A program made the position numbers and the translations under genes. The notes below the pieces were generated by a model. The model did not search any database. It was given only the letters and a program-made list of their open reading frames with translations, and was not told the origin of the DNA. From Camelus dromedarius (lineage: Eukaryota), in assembly GCF_036321535.1 (NCBI RefSeq), contig NC_087436.1, positions 38,566,001 through 38,630,000 of the forward strand: DNA of 64,000 bases, given 5' to 3'. Positions 1-11,361 of this stretch are shown here, piece by piece; position 1 is the first letter of the stretch; the number at the start of each line of letters is the position of its first letter.

Positions 1-490
1 AAAAAGTTCATAGTTATAATTCACATTATTTATTCATAAAAAGCCCTAAATGGAAGCAATCCAAATGTATGTCAAAAGGAAAATGAGTAAACAAGTTGTG
101 GTATATTCAGACAACGGAATATTATTAAGCGACATGAAGGAATGAACTACTCCTGTATGCAACAACATGGGTCAATCTCCAAAATACACTGAGCAAAATA
201 TGCAGACACAAAATTATGCTTACTGTATATTTTCACTTACATGATGATCCAGACAGGCAGAACTACTACTTTATGGGTTTAGATTTCAGAACAGTAGTTT
301 CCTGTGGGAAAGGGAGTTGACTGGAAAAGGGCAAGAAGGAACATTCTGGGATGAAGGAAAAAAATTCCATTATCTTGAAAAACAATGTGGGTTAGGTTTA
401 TGTGACTTTGCCAAAACTCTTCAAATTATACACTTAGGATATATGCATTTCACTATATATAAATTTTACATTAATACAAGTTTTAAAAAA
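1..490 (+). mobile_element. Ancient LINE-1 3' end (L1ME-like), cut by the window start
   Basis: L1M 3' motifs aaacaagttgtggtatattc, aaggaatgaactact...tatgcaacaacatgg and cacttaggatatatgcatttcactatatataaatttt, followed by an A-rich end. Confidence 0.75.
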
Positions 491-954
491 GGAAATTATA
501 TCTACATGTGGTTTGTTCTAAGGCCAGAATTCTTTCTGAAAAACTAACAACGTCACTGCATGCTGAGACAAGGTGCTTTGTTTGCTTCTGTCAAGCTTTT
601 ACACTGGTACCCGATCTTGACCATATTTCATACATTCAATTAACATATATTTTTTAAACATTGCTAATTGTTTCTGTAAGTGATCAGACTTTTGTCACAT
701 TTATCTGCCAACTTGATAAACAATGAACCATCCTTGTCAAGGGTCTGGTCAATAGCAAGGGGTGTTTTTAGTGAGGATTAGTCCTTTCCTGAGGCATTAA
801 CTCCTCAGCTCAGTAATATCCTGCAGCTCAGTAATACTCTCTGCCATTAAAACAAAATTTCCCATGTCCTTGAGCTTGGATAGCTCTTTTCACCTCTGTA
901 TTTTGGTTTGCACTTTGCCCACAATCTGAAACAACTTCTCCTTTTCTACATTTC

Positions 955-1585
955 TCATTCATTCAACAAATATTTATTGCACAGCTACCATGTGTCAAGT
1001 TACCACCTGTGTGCAGGGTGGTAAGCAGCCAATGCTAAAAACAAACAAACAAAATTTATAAATGAGATTTCATCCCTCTTTGAGTTTATAGTCTGGAGTA
1101 TCTGGGTTCAGACTGTAATCAAATAATCACACATGAATGTGTACAATTAGAACTGTGAAACAGCACAATATACGCATTGGGAATAAACGTTAAGTGGTAT
1201 GTGAGAGCATTTAACAAGCAGATCTCATTTATAACGAAACAAGCAGATTTTGTCTGATGAGATAAATTCTGAACTGTAATCAAGAGATTTTTGTAAGAGC
1301 AGACTAGGAAATACAGACGAAATGGTGGGTGGATGGGTTTCAGGCAGAGGGAGTGGCATGTCCAAAGTTGTTACAGCAGGAGGGAGCATGGTATTACAGA
1401 GGAGCCAAAAGAAGTCCAGAGTACTGGAGAGCAGAGAGCACAGGACCAGATATGCTGGAGAAGCAGGCATGCTGAATATTTTAGCCTTTGTTTCTCAACA
1501 GTAGGAAGCCACCAAACGGGTTTAGGCATATGTGTTGGGGTAAGGAAAGAATTTTTAAACAGAATTGGGTTTTGAAAATATCGTC
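955..1585 (-). mobile_element. LINE-2 (L2) 3' portion
   Basis: Starts with the reverse-strand L2 tail ctcattcattcaacaaatatttattg...ctaccatgtgtcaag, followed by purine-rich degenerate L2 body. Confidence 0.7.
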
Positions 1586-1599
1586 ACAATTATTCAAAG

Positions 1600-1850
1600 T
1601 TGTTTTACATAATACCTCCTCCATTAAGCCTTTCTTCTCACGCGGTGGTAATTTCTATTTCCCCTGAACATCACAGCCATTTTCTGTATCCCTGGCAGAA
1701 CTCTTATTTACAGTTGTCTTGTACTATTGCTCACTTGTTTAATCATCTCTACACTATAAAATGTTTGAAAGTCTGTAAATTCTTATTTCACCTTAATACT
1801 CTGCCATCCTAACAGTGTACTAGGGGTCCAATGTATTTGCGGTCAAATCT
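1600..1850 (+). mobile_element. L2 3' fragment
   Basis: ctctacactataaaatgtttgaaag...tcttatttcacc...cctaacagtgtac...ccaatgtatttg resembles the L2 3' end. Confidence 0.5.
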
Positions 1851-2765
1851 ATGCAAAACAATAGGGGAAAAGGTACTGATTTACTCTCCTCTAATGACTG
1901 AACACAGGATGAGCCCAAGCATGCCCATACTTGGGGCAGTAAGTGTTGCATTGTGAGTGGAACATACGGCGATGAGGTCAACTGTCTCTTGGGAGAGATC
2001 TGTTGGCTTCCCAACAGGCCACACAGTCAGGAGGACCTTGGGACCACCATCTCATTCCAGTTCAGCTTTGGATGTCTGAGATTCTGATTTCTGGTACATC
2101 CAGGGGGAAATCAGACTCTGGAGAGATGACTTAACAGTAACCAAATCCAGAAGCAACTGGTACATTTTAAAAAGGATGCCACTCTGACTTTACAGAGAAC
2201 AATTATGACTTGCGTTCACTAATTAGTAAATTATAGGAGAATATACCTATAGGCAAAAAATATGCAGGAAGCCAAATCATATGCAACATCACTTGAAAAA
2301 GCAAAGAATCAGAGCAAAGTAAATTAATTGTCTCCTCTGGATGGCCAGAGTTACCAAGCTATCCCACTAGGTATGTAGCAAGGGCCACATCATCAAATCT
2401 GTTGGCCAAGGCAAGCTTTTCCTGGTTAATGCTAGGGACACACTTGGAAAAATTACTTATGAACTTTCCTTTCCTAAAAGGGGCATAATATTCTCTTGTA
2501 TAATAGTGTTTTCTTCAACATGTTAAAGTTTTCAAAAAGGTTATGGGTAAGCCTAACTGGGGAATATGTGAGTAAACCACTTAAAATAATGCCAAATAAA
2601 TAATTACCTGATTCATTTAAAGTGACCTGAATATTTTTTCTGATCCAGTATGAACTGATTTAATAAGCTGGTTCTGAGAGGCAATCTTATTTCTTCACTT
2701 CCATGTTCTTGGACATAGATAAGTTTCCTCACTATTCCTCATTAGGAGCAAGCTATACTTACTTT

Positions 2766-2897
2766 TATTTTTTAACTTTTTTTATTGAGTTACAGTCATT
2801 TTACACTGTTGTGTCAAATTCCAGTGTAGAGCACAATTTTTCAGTTATATATGAACATACATATATTCATTGTCACATTTTTTTTGCTGTGAGCTAT
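2766..2897 (-). mobile_element. Short camelid-type L1 3' terminus (about 130 bp) with TSD
   Basis: T-tail then attgagttacagtcattttacactgttgtgtcaaattccagtgtagagcacaa; flanked by caagctatacttacttt (2749-2765) and caagctatgcttatttt (2898-2914), 15/17 identical. Confidence 0.85.
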
Positions 2898-3294
2898 CAA
2901 GCTATGCTTATTTTGAACAAGTACAGCAGCATTACAGCAGTTGCCCAAGCAATACTTCCTAAATAGTGCAATAAAGTGTTCCAATAGCTCAGTAGAGTTA
3001 ATTAAGAGTCCTAGAGTGCCCAAATTACTTTCCTCCAAATTAACTCAATTTTTATTAGAAAGCCTCTCAGTGGGAACATAAGGTTGTGAGAGCCACAGTT
3101 TTAACCTTCAGCATTACAGAGGTTAAATTCACACACTTTATGAAGTATCTGGCACTGGTAAGAGTGTCAGCACATCCCTAGGTCAATTAGAACAAACTTG
3201 TTTATTCTGCTGTTTACTTGTCTGAGAATCTAGCAATTACACAGAGCTACATGTTAACATATCCACTACGTGGTTAACATATTCCACTATGAAT

Positions 3295-3440
3295 ATGGAT
3301 TTGTCAAATTTGTCTTTATGTATTTAGTGGCTATTATGTACATTATAAGTTTAGGATTGTTGGATGTTTCCATCATAATATTGTTATCCTTTTATCTTCA
3401 GTAACAATTTTTGCCTGAAAGCCTACCAAGTCTGATTCTA
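3295..3440 (-). mobile_element. Very old L1M fragment (ORF2 5' region)
   Basis: ttgtcaaatttgtctttatgtattt...tttaggattgtt...tttttgcctgaaagcctac is typical antisense L1M ORF2 5' sequence. Confidence 0.45.
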
Positions 3441-3582
3441 TACACATGCATGTTTTTATTTTTCCTATGAATGGCACATAGCTGTATTTTTAATCTAATC
3501 ATATAATTTCATTCTCAAAGTACGATTTTCAAATTGTGATCTGAACCCTTGAGGGTCCTCAAGAACCTTTGGTGGTGGTGGG

Positions 3583-3925
3583 TATTTGGGCTGCTATAGC
3601 AAAAATATCATAGACTGGATAACTTTAACAACAAACGTTTATTTCTAGCAGTTGTGGAGGCTGGGAAGTCTAAGATCAAGGCGCTAACAGACCTGGTGTC
3701 TGGTGAGAGCCCACTTCCTTGTTCATAGCCAGGTATTTTCTTGCTGTGTCCTCACATGGTATGGAGCTTTCTAGGGTCTCCTTTTAAGAGCACTACTCCA
3801 ATTCACAAGGGCTCTGTGCTCATGATCTAATCACCTCCCAAAGGTACAAACTCCTAATACCATCACATTGGGTTGGGGTTTCAACATATAAATTTGGGGG
3901 AGAAATGAACATTCAGTCCCTAACA
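3583..3925 (-). mobile_element. MaLR solo LTR (MLT1A/MLT1A0-like) with 5-bp TSD gtggg
   Basis: atttgggctgctatagcaaaaatatcatagactgg...ggaggctgggaagtctaagatcaaggcg...aacattcagtccctaaca; gtggg at 3578-3582 and 3926-3930. Confidence 0.85.
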
Positions 3926-3954
3926 GTGGGGTAGGTGAAATCAAAATTCTTTAA

Positions 3955-5502
3955 AATTATTTTTCCCAACTTAATTATTGAGACATGATGGACATACATT
4001 GGGTAAGTTTAAGGTGTACAATGTTATGATTAGATACACATATATGTTGCAAAACGTTTATCACAATAAGGTTAGTTAATACATCCTTCACCTCACATAA
4101 TTTTTTTTTATTACTGTAGTGATGGTGGTAAGAACATTTAAAATCTGCTCTCTTAGCAACTTTCACCTATATAATACAGTATTGTTAACCATAGTCACCA
4201 TGCGTACATTACAATCCCAGAAAGTATTCACCTTATAACAGGAAGTTCATATCCTTTAACCAGCATTTCCTCATTTCCCCCAACTCCCAGCCCTTGGTAA
4301 CCAACATTCTACTCTCTGCTTCTATGAGCTCAGTGTTTTTAGATGCCACATATAAATGATCTCATACAGTATTTGTCTTTGTCTGAATTATTTCACTTAG
4401 TATAATGCCTTCAAGGTTCATCCACATTGTCACAAATGGCAAGATACCTTTTCTTATGGGTGAATAATATTCCATCATATATATACACCACTTCTATTTA
4501 TCCATTTGTCCATATATGGACAGTTACATTGTTTCCACATTTTGGCTGTTGGGAATAGGGAATTCAGATATCTGTGAGATAGCACTTTCATTTCTTTTGA
4601 ATAAATACCCAAAGGTGAAATTTCTGGCTCATGTGGTAGTCCTTTTTTTAATTTTAAGGAACCTCCATAGTGAAGGCTTTCTATAATGGCTGTATCAATT
4701 TATATTTCCACCAACAGTGCACGAGGGTTCCCTTTTCTCCATATTCTCACCAGCATGTAGTATCTCTTGTCTTTGTGAGAACAGCCATTCTAATAGGTGT
4801 GAGGTGATATCTCATTGTGGTTTCAATTTGCATTTCCTTGATGATTAATGATGTTGAGCATTTTTGCATATACTTTGCCATTTGTATGTCTTCTTTGGAA
4901 AATCGTCTATTCAGGTCCTCTGCCCATTTTTCAACCAGATTATTTTTTTGTTTTGTCTTGGTTTTTGCTGTTAAGCTGTATGAGTTCCTTATATATTCTG
5001 GATATTAAACCCTATCAGATGTATGGTTTGCAAATATTTCCCCCTTTCTGCAGGTTGCCTTTTCATTTTCTTGACTGTTTCTTTTGTAGTGCAGAAGTTT
5101 TTTAGTTTGATGTGGTCCCAATTGTTGATTTTTACTTTTGTTGCTTGTGCTTTTGGTATTATATCCAAAAAAAAATTCATTATCAACACCAATGTCAAGG
5201 AGCTTTTTTCCTATGTTTTCCTCTAGGAGTTTTACTAGTTTAAGTCTTACATGTAAGTCTTTAATCCACTTTGAGTTGATTTTTGTTAATGGCATAAGAT
5301 AGCAGTTTAATTTCATTCTTTGGCATGTGAATATCCAGTTTTTCCAACACCATTTATTGAAGAGACTATTTTTTCCTCATTAAGTATCTTTGGCTTCCTT
5401 GTTAAAGATTATTTGACACTATATGTGTGGTTTATTTCTAGGGCTCTCAATTCTGTTCCATTCATCTATGTGTCTTTTTTTTTTTTTTACCAGTGCCATA
5501 CT
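3955..5502 (-). mobile_element. L1MA9-like LINE-1, 3' UTR plus ORF2 C-terminal remnant
   Basis: 3' UTR gtaagtttaaggtgtacaa...aagaacatttaaaatctgctctcttagcaactttc; ORF2-like peptides in the ORF track ([32 protein letters not shown]). Confidence 0.9.
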
Positions 5503-5954
5503 GAGAAACTCTTATTTATTAATGCTAAAGCATTATTTGTCTTTGTCACTCTCATTCTTTCATTAGTGTACGATGGTTTTCCAGAAGCTAGATAGTGTGT
5601 CATATCGCAAGAGACTGAATGCAGAGCAGATATGTAAATCCAGTCAGTAAAGCAAGATAATAAAAAGATTTGTAAAAATGCAAAACCGATGCCACTCTCC
5701 TCGATGAATATTTTTTGTTTTGGAAAATACAGTTGTTTTCATAAAAATTATTTATGGTAACATGTGATAGGTTTAATGCTATTATTTTAAATAAATTAAT
5801 AAATATTTTAATTTTTTCTCAGTTTTATTTTCTAATATGGTGAATATTGATAGGTGCAATCCCCTATAAATAAAACCTATTTTGGGTCCCTAATAACTTT
5901 AAAAGTTTGTAAAGAATCCTGAGACAAAAAATTTGAGAACCATAGCTTCAAAAA

Positions 5955-6090
5955 AATTTTACCACCTTTATTGTGGTATGATTCCTGTAAAGTAAACTAC
6001 ACAGGTACAATTTGATTAATTTTGACAGATGTATACACCAATGAAATCACCACCAAAGATAGACAACATTTCCATCACTCCCCAAGAGGT
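5955..6090 (-). mobile_element. Old L1MB/MC-type 3' terminus fragment
   Basis: ctttattgtggtatgatt...gtacaatttgattaattttgacagatgtatacacc...acatttccatcactcccca. Confidence 0.7.
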
Positions 6091-6279
6091 GCAAATTTCA
6101 AATTCCCAATTTATCCTTCCCCTGGTAACCATAAGTCACCCCTGGTAACCATAAGTCTGTTCTCGGTATCTGTCAGTCTGTTTCTGTTTTGTAGATAAGT
6201 TCATTTGTATCTTTTTTTTTAGTTTCCACATGTAAATGGTATCATATGGTATTTTTCTTTCTCTTTCTGGCTTACTTCA
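6091..6279 (-). mobile_element. Internal piece of camelid-type L1 3' UTR, with no poly(A) end
   Basis: tgcaaatttcaaattcccaatttatcc...ctgtttctgttttgtagataagttcatttg...tctctttctggcttacttca matches the reverse complement of the L1 copies at 8.5 kb and 62.2 kb in this window. Confidence 0.8.
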
Positions 6280-6766
6280 TAGCCCTAAATTTTTAAAAGG
6301 CACCCTTGACTAATTTTAGACTTTATTAAAGCAGTATATTTACCATTCCCTTTAACAATTTGAAGGCCTTAGAATGCATTGATAATAGTAACTTCATTTT
6401 ATCTTGACCTTTTTGTAAAAATTTAACTGAGGTAGATTTGCAGATTAAAATTATATTCTCTCAGCATTCTGAAGGTATTATTCCATTGTCTTCTTATTTA
6501 TTTTATTACATTTGATAAGTAGTTGTGTTGGCTGATATTCTTGGGGATATAATCTTGATGTTTTCTTGTCTGTCGATTTATGTTTTCATGTCTAGCTCAT
6601 GAAGTAAATGTTTCTTCATATGTTCTGCAATTTAAACTGTGGGTTTATCTTCATTGGGACTTAATAAGTAAGTGCACAACTCAGAATGATACAGCAGGTC
6701 CCTCTGAAGATGTCTTGTGTATGCTCCCTTCAAATGATTCAAGGTGGCCAACAGTCTCAGACCATT

Positions 6767-7485
6767 TTTTTTTAATTTTGGTAAAGTATACATAACAAAA
6801 TATTTATCATTTAAACCACCTGTATATATACAGTTCAGTGGCATTAAATACATTCAGTGTTGTATAACCATCACCACTCCCTATAACCAAAACTTTTTCA
6901 TTATCTCCAGCATAAACTCTGTACCCATTAAGTAACTCTTTATTTCCCCCTTCACCTAACCCCTGGAAACCTCTGTTCTACTTTCTGTCTCTATGAATTT
7001 GCCTACTCTAAGTAGTTTATATAAGTGGAATCAAATACATTTGTCCTTCTCTGTCTGACTTATTTCACTTAAAATAATGTTTTCAAGGTCCACTCATGTT
7101 GTAGCATATATCAAGATTTCATTCCTTTTCTCATGGCTGAATAATACTCCATCATACGCATCTATCACATTTTCTTTATCCATTGATCTGCTGCTAGACA
7201 TTTAGGTTGTTTCTACCTTTCAGCTGTTTTGGATAATGCCATTACAAAAACTGGTGTACAAACATTTGCTCAAGTCCCTGTTTTCAATTCTTTTGGACAT
7301 GTACCTAGGATTGAAACTGCTGGGTCATATGGTAGTTCTGTGTTTAACTTTTTGAGGAACTACCAAACTGTTTCTCTCAGCAGTTGCACCATTTTACATT
7401 CCCACCACAATGCAAGAGGCTTCCAATTTCTCCACATTCTGGCTAACACTTGTTATTTTTACTGATCATAGCCATACTGGTAGGT
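6767..7485 (-). mobile_element. L1MB-type LINE-1 3' end
   Basis: T-tail, then ggtaaagtatacataacaaaa...cagttcagtggcattaaatacattc...taaactctgtacccattaa, continuing to antisense ORF2 end (catagccatactggtagg). Confidence 0.85.
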
Positions 7486-8209
7486 AAAGTTAATCATTAT
7501 GTTAATTTGTTACATTGGGGTTTCCTGGACCTCACAGGTGGTTCATATTCAAATCCCAAACTTATGTGAGGGCTGATTTATGTTAACAAATTCTCAGGGA
7601 ATCAGATTATTTCTATACAATGCTTATGCCTATCCCAACAAGCTTCCTATCATCTCATTGTCCAAGTGAGCAGATTTTTCTCAACTACCATTTCACTGAG
7701 GTATAGATCTCCAAAGGCTCCAAATACACAAAGAGTATGATTCCATATGCCCATCATCAGAAGACCCTACACCTGGATCACCACTAAAACACAAACTATC
7801 CCCCTACTTCTTCCTTAGCCTTACTTTTCCAGTGCTACAACAAATCAGCTCAGATTTTCTCCGAGGGTTCACCTACCCACAACCTCAACCCCTGCTTCAC
7901 ACGCCCCCTTAATCTATAATCTGTATCTCTGCCCAAGAGGATTTTCATTACTTTATTGCAATTTCAGCTATGCTTTTAGAATATATTTATCTTATTTTAC
8001 TTTATATTTTGGTATTTTGATTGGAAGGATTTTCAGGTTACCTAATCCATCAATTGTTAAATTATCCTCCAAAAAAGTATGTATAATCTTCTGGCTCTAT
8101 TTTTAGAAACTATTCATATTATGTGGTTGTAAAATAAAAAAAAATCTAGATATGATTCTACTTGTTCACCTTTTAAAGGTATGTTCAACTGTTTGATCAA
8201 AATATTTAC

Positions 8210-8867
8210 CATATGATCCAACAATCCCACCCTGGGCATAAATTCAGAGGAAACTTTAATTCAAAAACATACATGCACCCCAATGTTCATAGCAGCACTA
8301 TTTACAATAGCCAAGACATGGAAACAACCTAAATGTCCACTGACAGATGACCTGATAAAGAAGTTGTGGTATATTTATGTAATGGAATACTACTCAGCCA
8401 TAAAAAAGAATAAAATAATACCATTTGTTGCAACATGGATACACCTGGAGGTCATCATTCTAAGTGAAGTAAGCCAGAAGGAGAAAGAAAAATACCATAT
8501 GATATAAAACTTATATATCAAATCTGAAAAAAAAGACAAATGAACTTTTTTACAAAACAGAAACAGACTCACATACATAGAAAACAAACTTATGGTTACT
8601 GGGGTGGGAAGGGAAGGGATAAACTGGGAGTTCAAGATTTGCAGATACTAACTGATATATATAAAATAGATAAACAACAACTTCATACTGTATAACACAG
8701 GGAACTATGTTCAATATCTTATAGTAACTTATGGTGAAAAAGAATATAAAAACGAATATATGTATGTTCATGTATGACTGAAGCATTATGCTATACACCA
8801 GAAATTGACACAACATTGTAAACTGACTATACTTCAATAAAATATATATATATATACACACACAACA
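8210..8867 (+). mobile_element. Camelid-type L1, 5'-truncated (about 660 bp), with 11-bp TSD
   Basis: ORF2 C-terminus [19 protein letters not shown], then 3' UTR ending aactgactatacttcaataaa; aaaatatttac at 8199-8209 and 8868-8878. Confidence 0.92.
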
Positions 8868-10071
8868 AAAATATTTACAGATCCTTATGGGAGTAAATTG
8901 GAAATTATGTCATGATAATAGTTTGGATTACTGACATCTTGCAATATTTCTCAGAGTGAGTTTGGTGGAACAATTTTCAAAATAAACTAATATGTTAATT
9001 ATTAAAATAACTGTTTCAAGATCAAGTTAGTAAAGTACTATATTAAACTAGATTAAACAGCTTTCATAATGGCAAGACATATGTATAAGCTAAATCTCTA
9101 AGAATGCACTTCTCAAATCTATTTTCTTGGAGCATTATGTGGTACTTAATATTCAGACAAACTACTTCTGGAAACTTTGACTTCTACATTTAAAATTCAA
9201 ATTTCCAATTTTTCCATCAAGCTATATAAATGAGGCCATTATCATATCTGGATCATGACATGTAAATGATTCAGTAGTTTATGGAATTAATGATGAGCTC
9301 TGATTCTTGGTAGCTACAATATTAAGTTACCTTAAAAAAAAAGCTAAACTGTTATTTCTTTTTCATTTTTAATATTACCATAATCTCTGATACACATTTT
9401 CATATATCAATAATCATAGTAAATTTTTTTCAGAATACTTTTATATTCTTTCATATGTTAGATTATGGCAGTATGGAAAAGGAATTAGAGATTTCAATAC
9501 AGAAGGGAAAACACACATTTAAGGAGTAAGTTTTCCATAGCAACAGAGTCATATTTATCCCACAGTGACTGTACCAAAATAACTTATCTGAAAGCCCTGG
9601 ACACTTAAAGTTAATGGAAAAATTGAAAAGAACATTAAAGTCTCATTACCCTAGATGGTGATTTATGAATTAGGTTTAATAGCCTAAGTATTCTCCCATC
9701 TGCTGAGAAATATATCTTTGGAGATTTAATATTAATTCTAATAATTCCAGCTTTGAATGCAGTTCTTCACAGAACTTATTAAAAGAATTTGCAATACTTC
9801 TGCGAAAAAATTTCTCCAATGTTTTAAACAATTGAAACCTGCTCAGAAATATAAAAACAAAGAGCCATTAAAATATATCTAAATATCAAAGGAACAGAAA
9901 TAACTTCATAAGAAATTACACAGTTCATTGTCTATTAAAGGACTGATTTTCCAATTTGTAGATTATGGTAATTCCTAGATTCTTCTCCTGATTTTTTCTA
10001 CTAACAGGTCATAGCTCTGTTGATTAACTGTATCAAAATATAAACAAAGTTGAAAATTTCTTAAGTCACAA

Positions 10072-10145
10072 AATATTTGAATAAAAAAGACCTCAGAGGG
10101 GATCTATTGAAACCGCTTAATTTACAAATGAGGAAACTGATGCCA
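10072..10145 (-). mobile_element. MIR fragment
   Basis: MIR core tttacaaatgaggaaactga preceded by gacctcagaggggatcta. Confidence 0.55.
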
Positions 10146-10399
10146 ATTTCTACATTGTTTAAATTTTAATGAATTCCATTCTCATAAATGACTAAAACTC
10201 AAAATAAAATGACTTTGTGAGAAATCTCATTTCATAGTCATTCCAATCAGGCAACAGAAAGATCACTGAATTGTTCTAAAATAATTCCATATTTGCAAAA
10301 TATATGACTGCCATTGGTCAAATCCCTTTAAGAAGTGAGAAAGCACTCACAATAAGAGTATCATAGTTGTGCTTTAGGTATTTGTTTTGTTTTGTTTTA

Positions 10400-10518
10400 A
10401 ATCTTAAAACAGCGATAATCATACCTCTCTCTTAGGGCTATCATGAGAATTGAATGAGATAATGAAACCAGAGTGCCTAGTTCAGAGCCTACGACATAGT
10501 AGGTGGTCAAAATAAACA
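10400..10518 (+). mobile_element. MIR 3' fragment
   Basis: gataatcatacct...tagggctatcatgagaattgaatgagataatg...gtgcctagttcagagcct...catagtaggtggtcaa. Confidence 0.65.
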
Positions 10519-10869
10519 CTGCTGTACTTTGCTCTCTACTTTATTGTATAATTATTTCAATGCCACAAAACTCCCTTTAGTAAAAATGTAGTGAAAAGTA
10601 CATAAAAATAAATAGAAAACTATGCTACTCAGCAATTCAAATGACCTGATAAGATATAAACATATAAGAAAAAGAAACAAGGAAATGTCCCATCTTACTT
10701 GTGCTTACTTAGAACATATAAGACAGGTTATGCTAAATCTCCAGGTTTACCACTGAACGCTCAGGCTATTTCTCTATCTTTTTTAGTATCACAAAGTAAC
10801 CTGAGGGACAACCAGACATTCAGAGATCACCCAGATGCAGTCAACTCCCAGTAGCTCTAGTTTTAATCA

Positions 10870-11350
10870 GGAATTCAACATACATACATTATTCAGCAAC
10901 TGTTATGTATTAGCCACTGGGCTAGTTGTTCGTGGGTATCAAAATTAGTAAGAAACTGTCCTTTTCCTCAGAAAACCGACAAATGTATTACAGCTATTAA
11001 AGCTCAGTATGGTAAATGAAATATGATAAAAATGAATAAAGCTAGAGAATAGCACAGGGGTGCCTCAGTTGGCTTGGAGGTAGAAGGAGAAATTAGGTCT
11101 GAACTTAGACTTTTAGAGTAGGAATCAGCCAATTCAAGGGCAGGCAGAAAGGAAAACATTCTATCTAGGGACATGCAGAGACAAGAGATGAGGTATTGTG
11201 AAATGGACAGGAAAGTGTGATAGCACAAGCTTGTGCTGTACACCAGAAACTAACACAACACTATAAATCAACTATATTTCAATTTAAAAAAAACATGCAT
11301 GAAGCTGCCAAAATAAAGTAATTGTAGAGGTACTGGAGCAACCAGGAAGA
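10870..11350 (-). mobile_element. L2 fragment, interrupted by a micro-L1 at 11232
   Basis: attcaacatacatacattattcagcaactg...gccactgggctag...ggaaaacattcta..gggac, antisense L2 style. Confidence 0.55.
11232..11293 (+). mobile_element. Micro-insertion: last ~60 bp of a cetartiodactyl/camelid L1
   Basis: tgtgctgtacaccagaaactaacacaacactataaatcaactatatttcaatttaaaaaaaa; possible decayed TSD acaagcttg/acatgcatg. Confidence 0.8.
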
Positions 11351-11361
11351 GGCTTTTCAGT

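Larger units (their letters stand above)
3520..5945 (+). mobile_element. Charlie4a-like hAT DNA transposon in three pieces (about 3520-3577, 3926-3950, 5505-5945), interrupted by two later insertions
   Basis: 5' end ttttcaaattgtgatctgaacccttgagggtcctcaagaacc; body ttatttgtctttgtcactctcattct...gactgaatgcagagcagatatg...tgccactctcctc; 3' TIR cctgagacaaaaaatttgagaaccatag; colinear with the recalled Charlie4a consensus. Confidence 0.8.

Noticed and set aside
4817..5595. Cluster of overlapping ORFs of 63-103 aa
   Set aside because: All lie within a decayed L1MA copy and are ORF2 fragments or antisense frames, not a host gene.
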